A stretch of 64,000 nucleotides of DNA, from assembly GCA_965247115.1 (NCBI GenBank), contig CBDFGR010000003.1:2528001-2592000 (forward strand), read 5' to 3'. The DNA is from Myxococcota bacterium (GTDB taxonomy: Bacteria > Myxococcota_A > UBA9160 > SZUA-336). Position 1 is the stretch's first letter, and the number at the start of each line of letters is the position of its first letter. The notes under the pieces are model-generated. The model had not been told where the DNA came from and ran no database searches. It saw only the letters and a program-made list of their open reading frames with translations. The position numbers and the translations under genes are program-made. Positions 55,546-64,000 of the stretch are shown here, piece after piece.

Positions 55546-58500
55546 CCCAAGGCGCCGCGATGTCGATAGCCGACCTGGATCTGGAACTGGCGCAGGATCG
55601 TCTTGCCCCGACGCGCAGCGTCCGCTCGCTGCTTCTCGATCGTGTAGGTGTACTCGGGGTTCCGAACGCTGTCCTCGCGAACGATCTCGTCCGCGCCGGC
55701 CAGGTCGACGATCCGGACCAGGTAGGAACTCCGGGAGTCGAACGGGAGGTCGTCGCCGCCAGGCTGGGCGATCGGGTCAGGGATTCCGTCCGGGGCGTTG
55801 AGACGCCACGTGAAGTGCGCGTCCCGCCCCTCGAAGTCCGTATCGTTCCCTTGCCCCAGGAGCTGCAGGCCCGTCACCTTGAACGTGGGAGTGGGGACTT
55901 CCGCGCTATTGAACGAAACCTCCGTCTTCGTCACGAAGGCAGAGAAGACACCGCCTGGCGAGAGCGAGCGAGCGCGCACGTCGTAGCGGGATCCATCGAC
56001 CAATGGTCCGATGCGCACGTGGTCCGCAGTCCCTGGTAAGAGCGGTTCGACCGTCCACTCGCCAGGCAATTCCGGCGGGATCGGGTGCTCACGCCACTGG
56101 ATCTGCACGTGAGCCGCTTCGATGCCGGTCTTGGAGGTCGGGATCGAGATCTCCACGAGAAGTCGGTCTCCCGCCACTACAGCGTTGCCAAGCGTCGGGA
56201 CCGGAGGGGCATCAAACTTGTCGTGGCTGATCTGCGACTCGAGCTCCGGGATGGGGCCGGTATCCGAGTCGTAGACAGCCTCGGCGTAGGGGATCAGCAC
56301 AAGCTTCGCGCGAACTCCGTCGAGCGGCTCGATGCGCTTGAGGAGCATCGGAAAGGTCCCGATCACGGTCTCCACGACGTAGACCTGGTCCCCGACGACG
56401 GGCTGGTCCTCTGTGTTGGGAATCGGTGTGGAGAAGGTGACGAGCGTCCCCGGGGTCGCCGGGTTCGTGATGCCCTGGAGCGCCGTTGCCCCGGGAGGGC
56501 TCGAGGCCGAGAGTTGGAGTCGTGCCGAATAGGTCTTCGCCGCCTCGTACTGGATCTCCTCATCGAGCACGACCGACACGACGTCCGTCCCCGAGGTGTT
56601 CACGGTCTGGATCCGGCCGTAGCCGACGCCCACCTTCATGACGTCGTCCACGAGCTCGACACGGTCGCCGACCTGGGCAGTGAGGTATTCCCAGTCCATT
56701 TCCCGCTCGACGCGTTCCGAGCGGAGCCGGCCCTGAGCGATGTGAAAGCGGCCGTGGCGCCAGAGACGGGCCGGGTTGGTCTGTCCCGGCACGCGGATGA
56801 CCTCGAATTTGGAGGCGACGGTCGTGCCGCCGGCGCCATCCTCCGAGAAGCCGTCGTCGTACACGACGAGCTCGTCCGGCTCGTACTCCTTCTCCTCGTT
56901 CAGGAACGGTAGCTTGACGGCATGGGGCAGGTCCACGAAGTCCCGCTGGCCTCCCGTCCCGGCTGTGTTCCGGGGAGACACGTGCATCGAGGCGACGGGC
57001 TTCTTCTCGTCGATCGCGACGGAGTACTTCCCGTCGATCTGCGTGAAGAACCCTCGGCCCGCCGACATGATCTGGCGCAGCGACTCGATCCGCCGGCGCT
57101 CGACGTCGTGCACGGCGTCGTAGCGCCAGTTTTCGGCCTCACAGAAGGCCGCCCAGGACTGGAGCTTCGTGAGATCGACCCGCGAGAGAGGCACAGGGCG
57201 GGAGTTCGAGGAGCCACGCAGGACCTCGAGCGCCGCCCAGGCGGGGTTCCCGCCGAACTCGACGAGCGGAGCCGTGATGCCCTCCGCATCCGCGGTCGGG
57301 TGGGTGGGGTCGTAGGCGGGCAGCATCGCGCGCGCGAGGCAGTTAAAACTCTCGATCGTTCCCGAGAGCTGGTCGGTCGCCTTGATGCGCAGCGCGATCT
57401 TCGCGAGCCCGTCGAGCTTGATCGGGTCCTCGCTGCGGATCGAGCGCAGCACGACCCAGATCGCCTCGTCGTTCTCCACCCCAGAGGCCACGGCGGAGAA
57501 GGTCGAGCGGACCCGGACGTCGTACTGCCCCGAGGCCACGTCCCACGTGAACCCGATCGAGAAGGGCGTGTCTGTCTGTCGGACGATCTCCCAGGTGTCA
57601 TGGATCGCGAGGCCCCCGATGCGGGGCGAGCCCTGCCCCGCCGGGATGCGCTGGACGCCTGCGGGCGTGCCCTTGATCGAGGACACGTCCTCCCAGGGAT
57701 CCCCGCTCCCGGTGAGCCGAAACTGCAGCTCGAACCAGCGCCAGCCGAAGCCGACGGTCCCCCGGTTGTTCCTGCGGCTGAGACCCCGCAAAAAACGGAC
57801 GTCGACCCCGATCTGGTCCACTGCGATGTCCGTGGTGCGCGTGTGCCAAGGCCCGCCGATCGCCGCCTGCACGCCGAGCGTCGTCTGGTTGTCCTGGAGC
57901 TTGACTCCGACGCCCTCCTCCTCGATCTGGGACGAGTAGAGCGTGATGGGCGGCGCGCCGGGGAAGCCCTGCCGCACCTCGGTCTCGACGTCGTCGTAGT
58001 CGCTGAGCGCGGTCTTCCCGATCCGGAACTGGTCTTCCGGCAGCTCGAGCGGGCCGAAGCCGGGAACGAACAGCAGCCGGAGGTAGTGGTCGTCGCCGAC
58101 CACCTCCGTCACCGGATTCAGGAAGAACGGCTTGATCCGGTGAGTCCCGAAGTGACGCCAGATCACGCCCCGTGCCAGCTGGTTCCGCGCACCCGAGAGC
58201 GTCGGGCTCGACCGCTGGTCAATCCCGTCCCCGCCGTCATCGGGTCGGGAAAGCGCATTGATGATGAGATGCGTCGCCAGGCTGACAGCGACATAGACGC
58301 CGACTTTGATTGCCGTCGCGGCCAAACCGGTAGCTCCGGTCGCCTTGATTATGAAAGAGCTGATCGCTGCGCTAATCGGATCCGTGCCTGGTTGCGCGAT
58401 GACGCTTACGAATGATCCCGGCTCAGGCCAGAGATCCCCAGATCTTCGCGGAATGGGTAGGTCGTCGATGACGAATCGCAACTGGCTCGTGGGCACGGTG

Positions 58501-58640
58501 CCGAAGCCCACACGCTGCGCGATCTCGCGCAGGCTCAGCCCTGGCTCAAGATCGAAGAACGCGCGCTGGGAAGTGAGCGGATGCTCAACTGCTACGACGC
58601 GGATCGAATCCGGATGTAGCTGTGGATCATGGGTTGCCAC
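55542..58640 (-). CDS. Host-specificity / tail tip protein TipJ-like
   Basis: LSGARNQ, GFGPL, GQYDVRVR, ALRIKATDQLSG, NPAW. Confidence 0.9.
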   Translation of the reverse strand: MATHDPQLHPDSIRVVAVEHPLTSQRAFFDLEPGLSLREIAQRVGFGTVPTSQLRFVIDDLPIPRRSGDLWPEPGSFVSVIAQPGTDPISAAISSFIIKATGATGLAATAIKVGVYVAVSLATHLIINALSRPDDGGDGIDQRSSPTLSGARNQLARGVIWRHFGTHRIKPFFLNPVTEVVGDDHYLRLLFVPGFGPLELPEDQFRIGKTALSDYDDVETEVRQGFPGAPPITLYSSQIEEEGVGVKLQDNQTTLGVQAAIGGPWHTRTTDIAVDQIGVDVRFLRGLSRRNNRGTVGFGWRWFELQFRLTGSGDPWEDVSSIKGTPAGVQRIPAGQGSPRIGGLAIHDTWEIVRQTDTPFSIGFTWDVASGQYDVRVRSTFSAVASGVENDEAIWVVLRSIRSEDPIKLDGLAKIALRIKATDQLSGTIESFNCLARAMLPAYDPTHPTADAEGITAPLVEFGGNPAWAALEVLRGSSNSRPVPLSRVDLTKLQSWAAFCEAENWRYDAVHDVERRRIESLRQIMSAGRGFFTQIDGKYSVAIDEKKPVASMHVSPRNTAGTGGQRDFVDLPHAVKLPFLNEEKEYEPDELVVYDDGFSEDGAGGTTVASKFEVIRVPGQTNPARLWRHGRFHIAQGRLRSERVEREMDWEYLTAQVGDRVELVDDVMKVGVGYGRIQTVNTSGTDVVSVVLDEEIQYEAAKTYSARLQLSASSPPGATALQGITNPATPGTLVTFSTPIPNTEDQPVVGDQVYVVETVIGTFPMLLKRIEPLDGVRAKLVLIPYAEAVYDSDTGPIPELESQISHDKFDAPPVPTLGNAVVAGDRLLVEISIPTSKTGIEAAHVQIQWREHPIPPELPGEWTVEPLLPGTADHVRIGPLVDGSRYDVRARSLSPGGVFSAFVTKTEVSFNSAEVPTPTFKVTGLQLLGQGNDTDFEGRDAHFTWRLNAPDGIPDPIAQPGGDDLPFDSRSSYLVRIVDLAGADEIVREDSVRNPEYTYTIEKQRADAARRGKTILRQFQIQVGYRHRGALG

Positions 58641-58978
58641 AGGCGCGTCCTATACGGCTCGAGCACGGAGCCCGCGGGCTTCCGTGTGTGGAGCATGAGG
58701 TTCTCTGCGACGATCACTCCGAGATGAGACAGCCAGCCGTGGGCCCTGAAGATCACGAGATCCAGAAGGTCTGGTGCGTCCACCGTCTCGTACTTCAGCG
58801 CCTCCTCGGAGATCAGTTGGTCCAACAGGCCCCGATCATCGACGTCGTATTCAAGCGATGGAAGGTCCCTGCCCAATTGCTCCGCCACAACCCTTCTTGT
58901 GAGTTGCCAGCAATCGGATTCCGCAAATGGGATCCCGACGTACTCGTTCACCCATTCGGGCGGATGCCTTGGGAGCAT
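58592..58978 (-). CDS. NlpC/P60 tail protein
   Basis: YVGIPF..DCWQL...HLGV....MLH. Confidence 0.85.
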   Translation of the reverse strand: MLPRHPPEWVNEYVGIPFAESDCWQLTRRVVAEQLGRDLPSLEYDVDDRGLLDQLISEEALKYETVDAPDLLDLVIFRAHGWLSHLGVIVAENLMLHTRKPAGSVLEPYRTRLWQPMIHSYIRIRSAS

Positions 58979-58986
58979 CTCTGGCT

Positions 58987-59454
58987 TCAGAAGGCGCCCG
59001 GCGTCGTCTTGGGATCGAAGTGATAGCCGGGATAGGCATCGTTCAGGAAGTCGTCGATCAGAAGATCGACCTCGACACGGAGCTCCGAGTAGCGTGCCTG
59101 CCCCCAGCGGAAGAGGAACGGGCCGTGCTGGACCGTGGTCGGGTCCGAGATCGACACGAAGTCGACCTGCGTCTGAGGGGCGGAGGACGTCGTGCGAATC
59201 GCGTCGATCAGATCCCGCAGCACATTGTCGACCACGAGCGTGCCGCGGGGCTCCCCCTCGGAGAAGTCGGCAGGCAGCGTGATGGCGACGTCGCGCGCAA
59301 TCCATGTCTCACCCCCGGGTCCGACCACGTCCTCGGTGTTGTCCACCAGCCGCACCGGCTCTGGGAGCTCGTCGTGTGTGATCGTGACGAGGGTCAGGAT
59401 TCCCTCTGTCGAGCGCGGCTTCAGCGTCTCCCGGGTGAACGCGTCGGTGGGCAT
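58987..59454 (-). CDS. DUF1833 family tail protein
   Basis: LTLVTITH..L.EPVRLVDNTED...FDPKTTPGAF. Confidence 0.8.
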   Translation of the reverse strand: MPTDAFTRETLKPRSTEGILTLVTITHDELPEPVRLVDNTEDVVGPGGETWIARDVAITLPADFSEGEPRGTLVVDNVLRDLIDAIRTTSSAPQTQVDFVSISDPTTVQHGPFLFRWGQARYSELRVEVDLLIDDFLNDAYPGYHFDPKTTPGAF

Positions 59455-59456
59455 CG

Positions 59457-59822
59457 CTATGCCGGCAGCCTGACGACAGCGAACTCGATGTTGACGTTGT
59501 CGGCCTCGAAGTGGAGCTTGTTGGTGGTCTGCCTCCAGCCAGAGGTCTTGTAGGGTCCGAAGATCCGGATGCCCGGGCGTCCCCCTACCGCAGCGGGCAC
59601 AGAGGCGGTGGCATCGCGCGTACGGTGCAGCGAGTCCGGGATCGACGTGATCGTCACGTTGTGCGCGCCGCCCGTATCGACATTCTGGGCGATGATCATC
59701 TCGGTTCCGGTGAGCGCCGTCTCCTCCTTGTTCGTGACATCGGCCGCGACAAAGGGGAGATTCTTGCCTGTATAGTCGACGTTCGCGCCCGCGACGACAG
59801 CCGTGTGACTCTTGCGTGCCAT
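59457..59822 (-). CDS. Phage structural hypothetical protein
   Basis: 121 aa ORF with RBS, tightly packed in the tail operon. Confidence 0.7.
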   Translation of the reverse strand: MARKSHTAVVAGANVDYTGKNLPFVAADVTNKEETALTGTEMIIAQNVDTGGAHNVTITSIPDSLHRTRDATASVPAAVGGRPGIRIFGPYKTSGWRQTTNKLHFEADNVNIEFAVVRLPA

Positions 59823-59834
59823 CCAATCCCCTCG

Positions 59835-60194
59835 CTACGGCAAGATCACGAGCGGCATGATCGTTCTCCAGATCGGCCCATCCCGATGCGTAGAGATCGA
59901 TGTCCACTCCGGCGGGCTTTCAAAGGCGAGGGACACGGTCGAACCGTCGACCGGGTCCTTCCAGTCGAAGGGCTCCGCTCCCTCTTTCAGGGTCGTAATG
60001 AAGAACGTGTCGAAGGTGACGCGCTGCGGATTGGTCAGAACGATCGGGATCGAGACGGACTGAAGGACGACCGTCGCACGGCGCCTGGTCTTGAACGGCC
60101 CGACCGCAACGGGAGAGCGCAGGAGCGCAGACCTACGTGTATGGCGGAGTCCGAGGAAAGGACTCGGAGGTAGCGAGCCAGGCCACGCCGTCAC
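59835..60194 (-). CDS. Minor tail (distal tail / gpM-like) protein
   Basis: AWPGSLP, GPFKTRRR, TLKEGAEPFDWKDP. Confidence 0.8.
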   Translation of the reverse strand: MTAWPGSLPPSPFLGLRHTRRSALLRSPVAVGPFKTRRRATVVLQSVSIPIVLTNPQRVTFDTFFITTLKEGAEPFDWKDPVDGSTVSLAFESPPEWTSISTHRDGPIWRTIMPLVILP

Positions 60195-60229
60195 TAGCGT
60201 CTCGTTGCCCGCCGCGGCACGTCGAAGGC

Positions 60230-62899
60230 CTAATCCGTCGCCTGACCGAGCCTGCCGCTCTGCATGCTTCGGGAGGCGACGTTCTCGATCACGATCTCGA
60301 TGTCGCGGCCGAAGGCGGATTGGCGCTCTCGGACGGACTCTACGTCGACGGGCTGGCCGTTGTTGATGACCGTCACGTTGACACGCGATGTGCTCAGGCC
60401 GGAGCTCTCCAGCTGACCAAACTTCCGAGAGAGGGGAACGACGGCTTCGGGACCCTTCTCGCCGATGAGGGCCAGCGTCGGGCGCGTGACAAGGCCACCT
60501 TCGGCGAAGCCGAAGATCTTCTTGATCGCGCCGCCGATGCCCCCTCCACCGCTGGCCCCAGCAGTCGCACCAGCGCCCTGTCGGGCAACCCCAAACGCAC
60601 CGAGTACAGAATTGACGACGCCCTTTGCCAGCCGCTGAGCCGCGATCCGCTGGATACCCCTGAGGACACTCCCTACGAAGTCGGCGAACGCGTTCTCCCC
60701 CTTCTTGACGCTCACGATCAAGTCGGCAAAGGAGTCTTCGAAGGTCCGTGCGACGCGCGTGCCAGCATCCCCGAGCTCCGTCACCTTGTCCGTCGTCTCT
60801 TCGGTCTTAGGAACGACCGACTCGATAGCGGCCGTTGCGTCCTCTGCCATCTTGTCCAATGAGAAGGCGGCAGCATCTGCGACGGGAATCAGGTCCACGA
60901 TCGCGTCCTTCGCGCTCTTGATGGCGCCGACCAGGCCCTCCTGGATGCCCTTGGCTCCGCTCGAAACGAAGCCATCGATCTGGTCGAACGCGCTCTCGGC
61001 CCGCCCGGCGATGTCGTCGAACGCTCCCTCGACGCGAGAGAGGTGCACCTCCGCAATCTCGACTCCCCCGCCGATCTTCTCCGCGATCGCAGCCTTGATC
61101 TCATCGAACTTCTCTGCAAAGCCAGGAACGAACCGCCCGGCGATATCGAGGACTCTCTCGAACAGATCACGGAAGAAGCCGAGGACGTTGTCGATCAGCT
61201 TCCTCACGGGCTCGACGACAATCGTGTTGAACCTGTCGACGAGCCATTCGCGCACCACGGCGACGGTTTCAAAGACGACCTCCGCGACACTGCGGCCCCA
61301 TCCGGCGAAGGCCAGCGCCCAGTCCTTGAGCGTGTCGACCACGTTCGAAGCGACTCTGGAGATCGTGTCGCCGAACTCCGCCCACAGAGCCATCGCCACG
61401 CCAATAGCAATCGTGACGGGGTTGAAGGCGACTACGATTACGGCCGCAGTCTTGGCGACGCCCAGGATGGCAGAGACGACGGGGCCGAGGACCTCGACGA
61501 CCCGCGCAGCGACCGCGCTGATCTCATCTTTGAACAGTAGCCAGGCAGCGGTCAGACCGGCGACGGCACCCACGGCAAGCCAAACCGGGGTACTGATAAG
61601 AACGATCTTGGCGGCGATGAAAGCAAACGCGGTTCCTGCGGCAGAAGCGGCAAAGGCGGCCGCTGTCCCGATGGCGGCGAGGCCCGTCGCCATCAGCCCG
61701 AGCACGATCAGGACCGGCGGAATCACGATCGCGAGGCCTGCCGTGATCAGGACGACGCTCTGCATCTTGGGGCTCAACGATCGAAACTTCTCGGCGAGCT
61801 CCCCGGCAAGCTCCCCGAGTCGCTTCACTGCGGGGACCAGGATCGGAACCAGCACTTCGCCGAGGCGAATCGCCGCCACCTTCACGTTTGCGAGCGCCTG
61901 GCCGAGCTGGAACTTTGCAGTCGCGGCGAAGACCTCGAACGCCCTGTTTACGTCCTCGACCCCCGCAGTCCTCAAGCTCTCGAAGATCTCCTTCACCTTC
62001 TCAGCCTGATCTCCGATCAGCGCGAAGGCGCCGGTAGCCGCCCGGACGTTTCCGAAGATGGCGTTCATCGCGTCCGCGTTGTCTCCGAATGTCTCCTTGA
62101 GGGTGGTAAGGACCGCGAGCAGCCCCTCGCTCTGAATCTGATCGCGCAAGTCCTGAACGCTCAGACCCATCTGGGCGAGTGCCTCCTGCGCGTCGGTCGC
62201 AGGTGCATCGAGCGTAGTCAGCAGGGCCTTGAGAGATGTCACGGACAGCTCGGCACTCAGGCCGATACGTGTCATCCCCGCGAGCGCGGCGCCGACCTCG
62301 TTAAACGTGATGCCGACCTTTGAGGCGATCGGAAGAACCTGGCCGAGTGCGCCTGCCAGAGAATCCGCCTCGAGCTTGCCCTCTCGGATAGTCGCTACCA
62401 GGATGCCGACAGCATCTCCCGCGTTGAGATTCTGCGAGCGGAACGCGTTCATTGCGGAGGTCGCCGCGTCTGCGACCTGGGCCGTATCACCGAGCCCAGC
62501 ACCCGCCGCCTTGGCAGACACCGTGAGCGTCTCCATCGCCTCCGCACCACGCAGACCGGCCGACGTGATGAAGAACATTGCCTCTGCGAGTTCCTGCGGT
62601 CCCTTTCCAACCGCGGGAGCGAGCTGGAGGATCTGTTCCCGCCACTCCTGCACCTGGTCCCCGGCGACTCCCACTAGCCCAATGATCGTTGACAGAGTCG
62701 CGTCGAAGTCGACGGCGAACTTCGTCGCGACGACCCCCGCGCCGATCAGCGGCGCGCTCACCGCGAGCGTCATCTTCCGGCCGATCGACTCCATGCGCCG
62801 ACCGGCCTGCTCGATCTGCCGAGATGACGCGCGGAGACCCCGGGCAAACTGTCGCGTATCGAGCGAGAGGATCGCCTTCAGGACACCGACATCAGGCAT
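60230..62899 (-). CDS. Tail tape measure protein
   Basis: TP901-type core, FAEGGLVTRPTLALIGEKGPEAVVPL. Confidence 0.93.
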   Translation of the reverse strand: MPDVGVLKAILSLDTRQFARGLRASSRQIEQAGRRMESIGRKMTLAVSAPLIGAGVVATKFAVDFDATLSTIIGLVGVAGDQVQEWREQILQLAPAVGKGPQELAEAMFFITSAGLRGAEAMETLTVSAKAAGAGLGDTAQVADAATSAMNAFRSQNLNAGDAVGILVATIREGKLEADSLAGALGQVLPIASKVGITFNEVGAALAGMTRIGLSAELSVTSLKALLTTLDAPATDAQEALAQMGLSVQDLRDQIQSEGLLAVLTTLKETFGDNADAMNAIFGNVRAATGAFALIGDQAEKVKEIFESLRTAGVEDVNRAFEVFAATAKFQLGQALANVKVAAIRLGEVLVPILVPAVKRLGELAGELAEKFRSLSPKMQSVVLITAGLAIVIPPVLIVLGLMATGLAAIGTAAAFAASAAGTAFAFIAAKIVLISTPVWLAVGAVAGLTAAWLLFKDEISAVAARVVEVLGPVVSAILGVAKTAAVIVVAFNPVTIAIGVAMALWAEFGDTISRVASNVVDTLKDWALAFAGWGRSVAEVVFETVAVVREWLVDRFNTIVVEPVRKLIDNVLGFFRDLFERVLDIAGRFVPGFAEKFDEIKAAIAEKIGGGVEIAEVHLSRVEGAFDDIAGRAESAFDQIDGFVSSGAKGIQEGLVGAIKSAKDAIVDLIPVADAAAFSLDKMAEDATAAIESVVPKTEETTDKVTELGDAGTRVARTFEDSFADLIVSVKKGENAFADFVGSVLRGIQRIAAQRLAKGVVNSVLGAFGVARQGAGATAGASGGGGIGGAIKKIFGFAEGGLVTRPTLALIGEKGPEAVVPLSRKFGQLESSGLSTSRVNVTVINNGQPVDVESVRERQSAFGRDIEIVIENVASRSMQSGRLGQATD

Positions 62900-63230
62900 C
62901 GCGGTCTTTCCTCCTCAAGCCGAACCCGGAGAAGGCGCGCATCAGCTTCTCTTTCATCCGTTCTGCCTCAAAGGGCCGGCTTCGCCGGGGCATGAAGTCA
63001 TCGATCTCGAAGGCCGGCGACCCTTTCGCTCGGTGCGCGTTCGCATAGAGCGCCGCTTGGAGTGCGCTCCGGGACCACTCATCCCCGAAGGGCTCGAGGT
63101 CCCACATGGCCTGCCACTCCGTGAACTCAGACGCCGACACCCGTCGCCGGAGTTCGGCGACGGTCATCCCGAGGGCTAGGGCGAGCCGGAACTCGAATCG
63201 GGCGTCTCGGTAGAAGCGGAGCCTTTTCCC
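62892..63230 (-). CDS. Tail assembly chaperone GT, -1 frameshift extension
   Basis: -1 frame after the slippery site reads RLRFYRDARFEFRLALALGMTVAELRRRVSASEFTEW...EPFG. Confidence 0.85.
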   Translation of the reverse strand, partial: GKRLRFYRDARFEFRLALALGMTVAELRRRVSASEFTEWQAMWDLEPFGDEWSRSALQAALYANAHRAKGSPAFEIDDFMPRRSRPFEAERMKEKLMRAFSGFGLRRKDRDA

Positions 63231-63649
63231 GCCTCGAGCTCTGCCTCCTTCGTCATGCCGGAGAGCTGTCGGACGACATTCGCGATCTTCTGGATCGCGT
63301 GCCCGCTCTTCTCTCCGAGCCGCGCGACCGCCTCTTCGGAGACCTCGCCAGTCGCCGCGTCCGAGAAGAGTGGGCGGCCGTCAGCGTCAATGGCCGCCAT
63401 CGCGACGATGCGCGCGTCCTGGTCCAGCGGTACGCGCACGCGGACAGTCTGGCCCTCGACCTCCTGATCCATCGAGATCCCGTCGCCCTCTTTCATCATC
63501 TCGGCCTGGATCTGCGATCGTTCGTACTGCGAGAGCTCGCGGACGAGCACGACGAGACCGTCCCACTCGTCGACCTTGACCTCCTCGCGCTTCAAGTCCT
63601 GGATGCCAAGGATTTGGTCGGCATCTGCATAGGTTCCATTCGGCTGCAT
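63176..63649 (-). CDS. Tail assembly chaperone G
   Basis: DLKREEVKVDEWDG.VLVRELS, ends EAGKG at the slippery site. Confidence 0.85.
   Translation of the reverse strand: MQPNGTYADADQILGIQDLKREEVKVDEWDGLVVLVRELSQYERSQIQAEMMKEGDGISMDQEVEGQTVRVRVPLDQDARIVAMAAIDADGRPLFSDAATGEVSEEAVARLGEKSGHAIQKIANVVRQLSGMTKEAELEAGKGSASTETPDSSSGSP
63224..63230 (-). other. Programmed -1 frameshift slippery heptamer G-GGA-AAA
   Basis: XXXYYYZ pattern at the end of chaperone G (lambda uses GGGAAAG). Confidence 0.85.
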
Positions 63650-63658
63650 GTCCGCTCC

Positions 63659-64000
63659 TTACGGTGTGAACGTCACGTCGCTGATCACCTTCAGCGTGAC
63701 CGCCGTACGCATTGCGCTCGCGGGATCCCCAGACGGGTTGAAGCTCGTGAGAATCGCAGCGAAGTCGAACTGGAACGCCCCGGCGTCGGGCAAGACGATC
63801 TTCCAGTTCTTCTTCCCCGCCTTCCAAGCAGAGATCAGCCCGGTGGACGAATCGTGAGTGGGATCGGCGGGCAGGAGGTTTACTTCAAACGTCAGTTCGC
63901 CTCCGTCGCTCGCGCCCTCGATGTAGTCCTTGAGCCCGGCCGAATCCATGTGCGTGACCTCGATCGTGTCGGTCGTCAGATTTGGCCCGCCCCAGGTCAC
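63659..64000 (-). CDS. Major tail tube protein (5' end outside the window)
   Basis: DTIEVTHMDS..KDYIEGASDGGELTFEVN. Confidence 0.88.
   Translation of the reverse strand: MTWGGPNLTTDTIEVTHMDSAGLKDYIEGASDGGELTFEVNLLPADPTHDSSTGLISAWKAGKKNWKIVLPDAGAFQFDFAAILTSFNPSGDPASAMRTAVTLKVISDVTFTP

Larger units (their letters stand above)
50303..64000 (-). mobile_element. Siphovirus-type prophage tail and lysis module (continues beyond the window)
   Basis: Canonical order: tail tube, G/GT chaperones, tape measure, minor tail, DUF1833, NlpC/P60, TipJ, fibre, lysis. Confidence 0.93.

Noticed and set aside
38837..60232. Amber (TAG) stop-codon recoding in the prophage
   Set aside because: TAG is the evident natural stop of several phage genes (52490, 59457, 59835); decay is the simpler explanation.

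Overview
High-GC bacterial DNA. The gene content suggests a Myxococcota/Deltaproteobacteria-like organism (inference only). 1-36 kb is chromosomal and accessory: two CxxCH-containing exported proteins divergent from a TlpA-DUF4266-DUF3570-ApbE flavinylation operon; an orphan GspD-SPOR secretin operon with ExbD/ExbB-like and Pro-rich partners; a VOC/ArsR/SRPBCC cluster; an Lrp(DecR)-cysteine dioxygenase-YeiH module; two adenylate cyclases; and several oxidoreductases. The 3' half of a tRNA-Lys(CTT) at 36454-36498 (an att site), with nearby tandem repeats, opens a prophage-like region. That region holds a + strand array of small phage genes and two DNA methyltransferases (36.7-40.7 kb), about 9.5 kb of host-like genes (40.8-50.2 kb), and a - strand siphophage lysis and tail module running off the window. 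The most striking unexplained signal is a palindromic site, consensus (GA)CCGACGG-N9-CCGTCGG(TC) followed by a Shine-Dalgarno, at nearly every gene junction of the small-gene array (7 clear copies and 1 degenerate). Each copy lies in the same reading frame at the 3' end of the upstream ORF, which resembles a gene-cassette system. All product calls come from motif recognition by eye; no database search was run.
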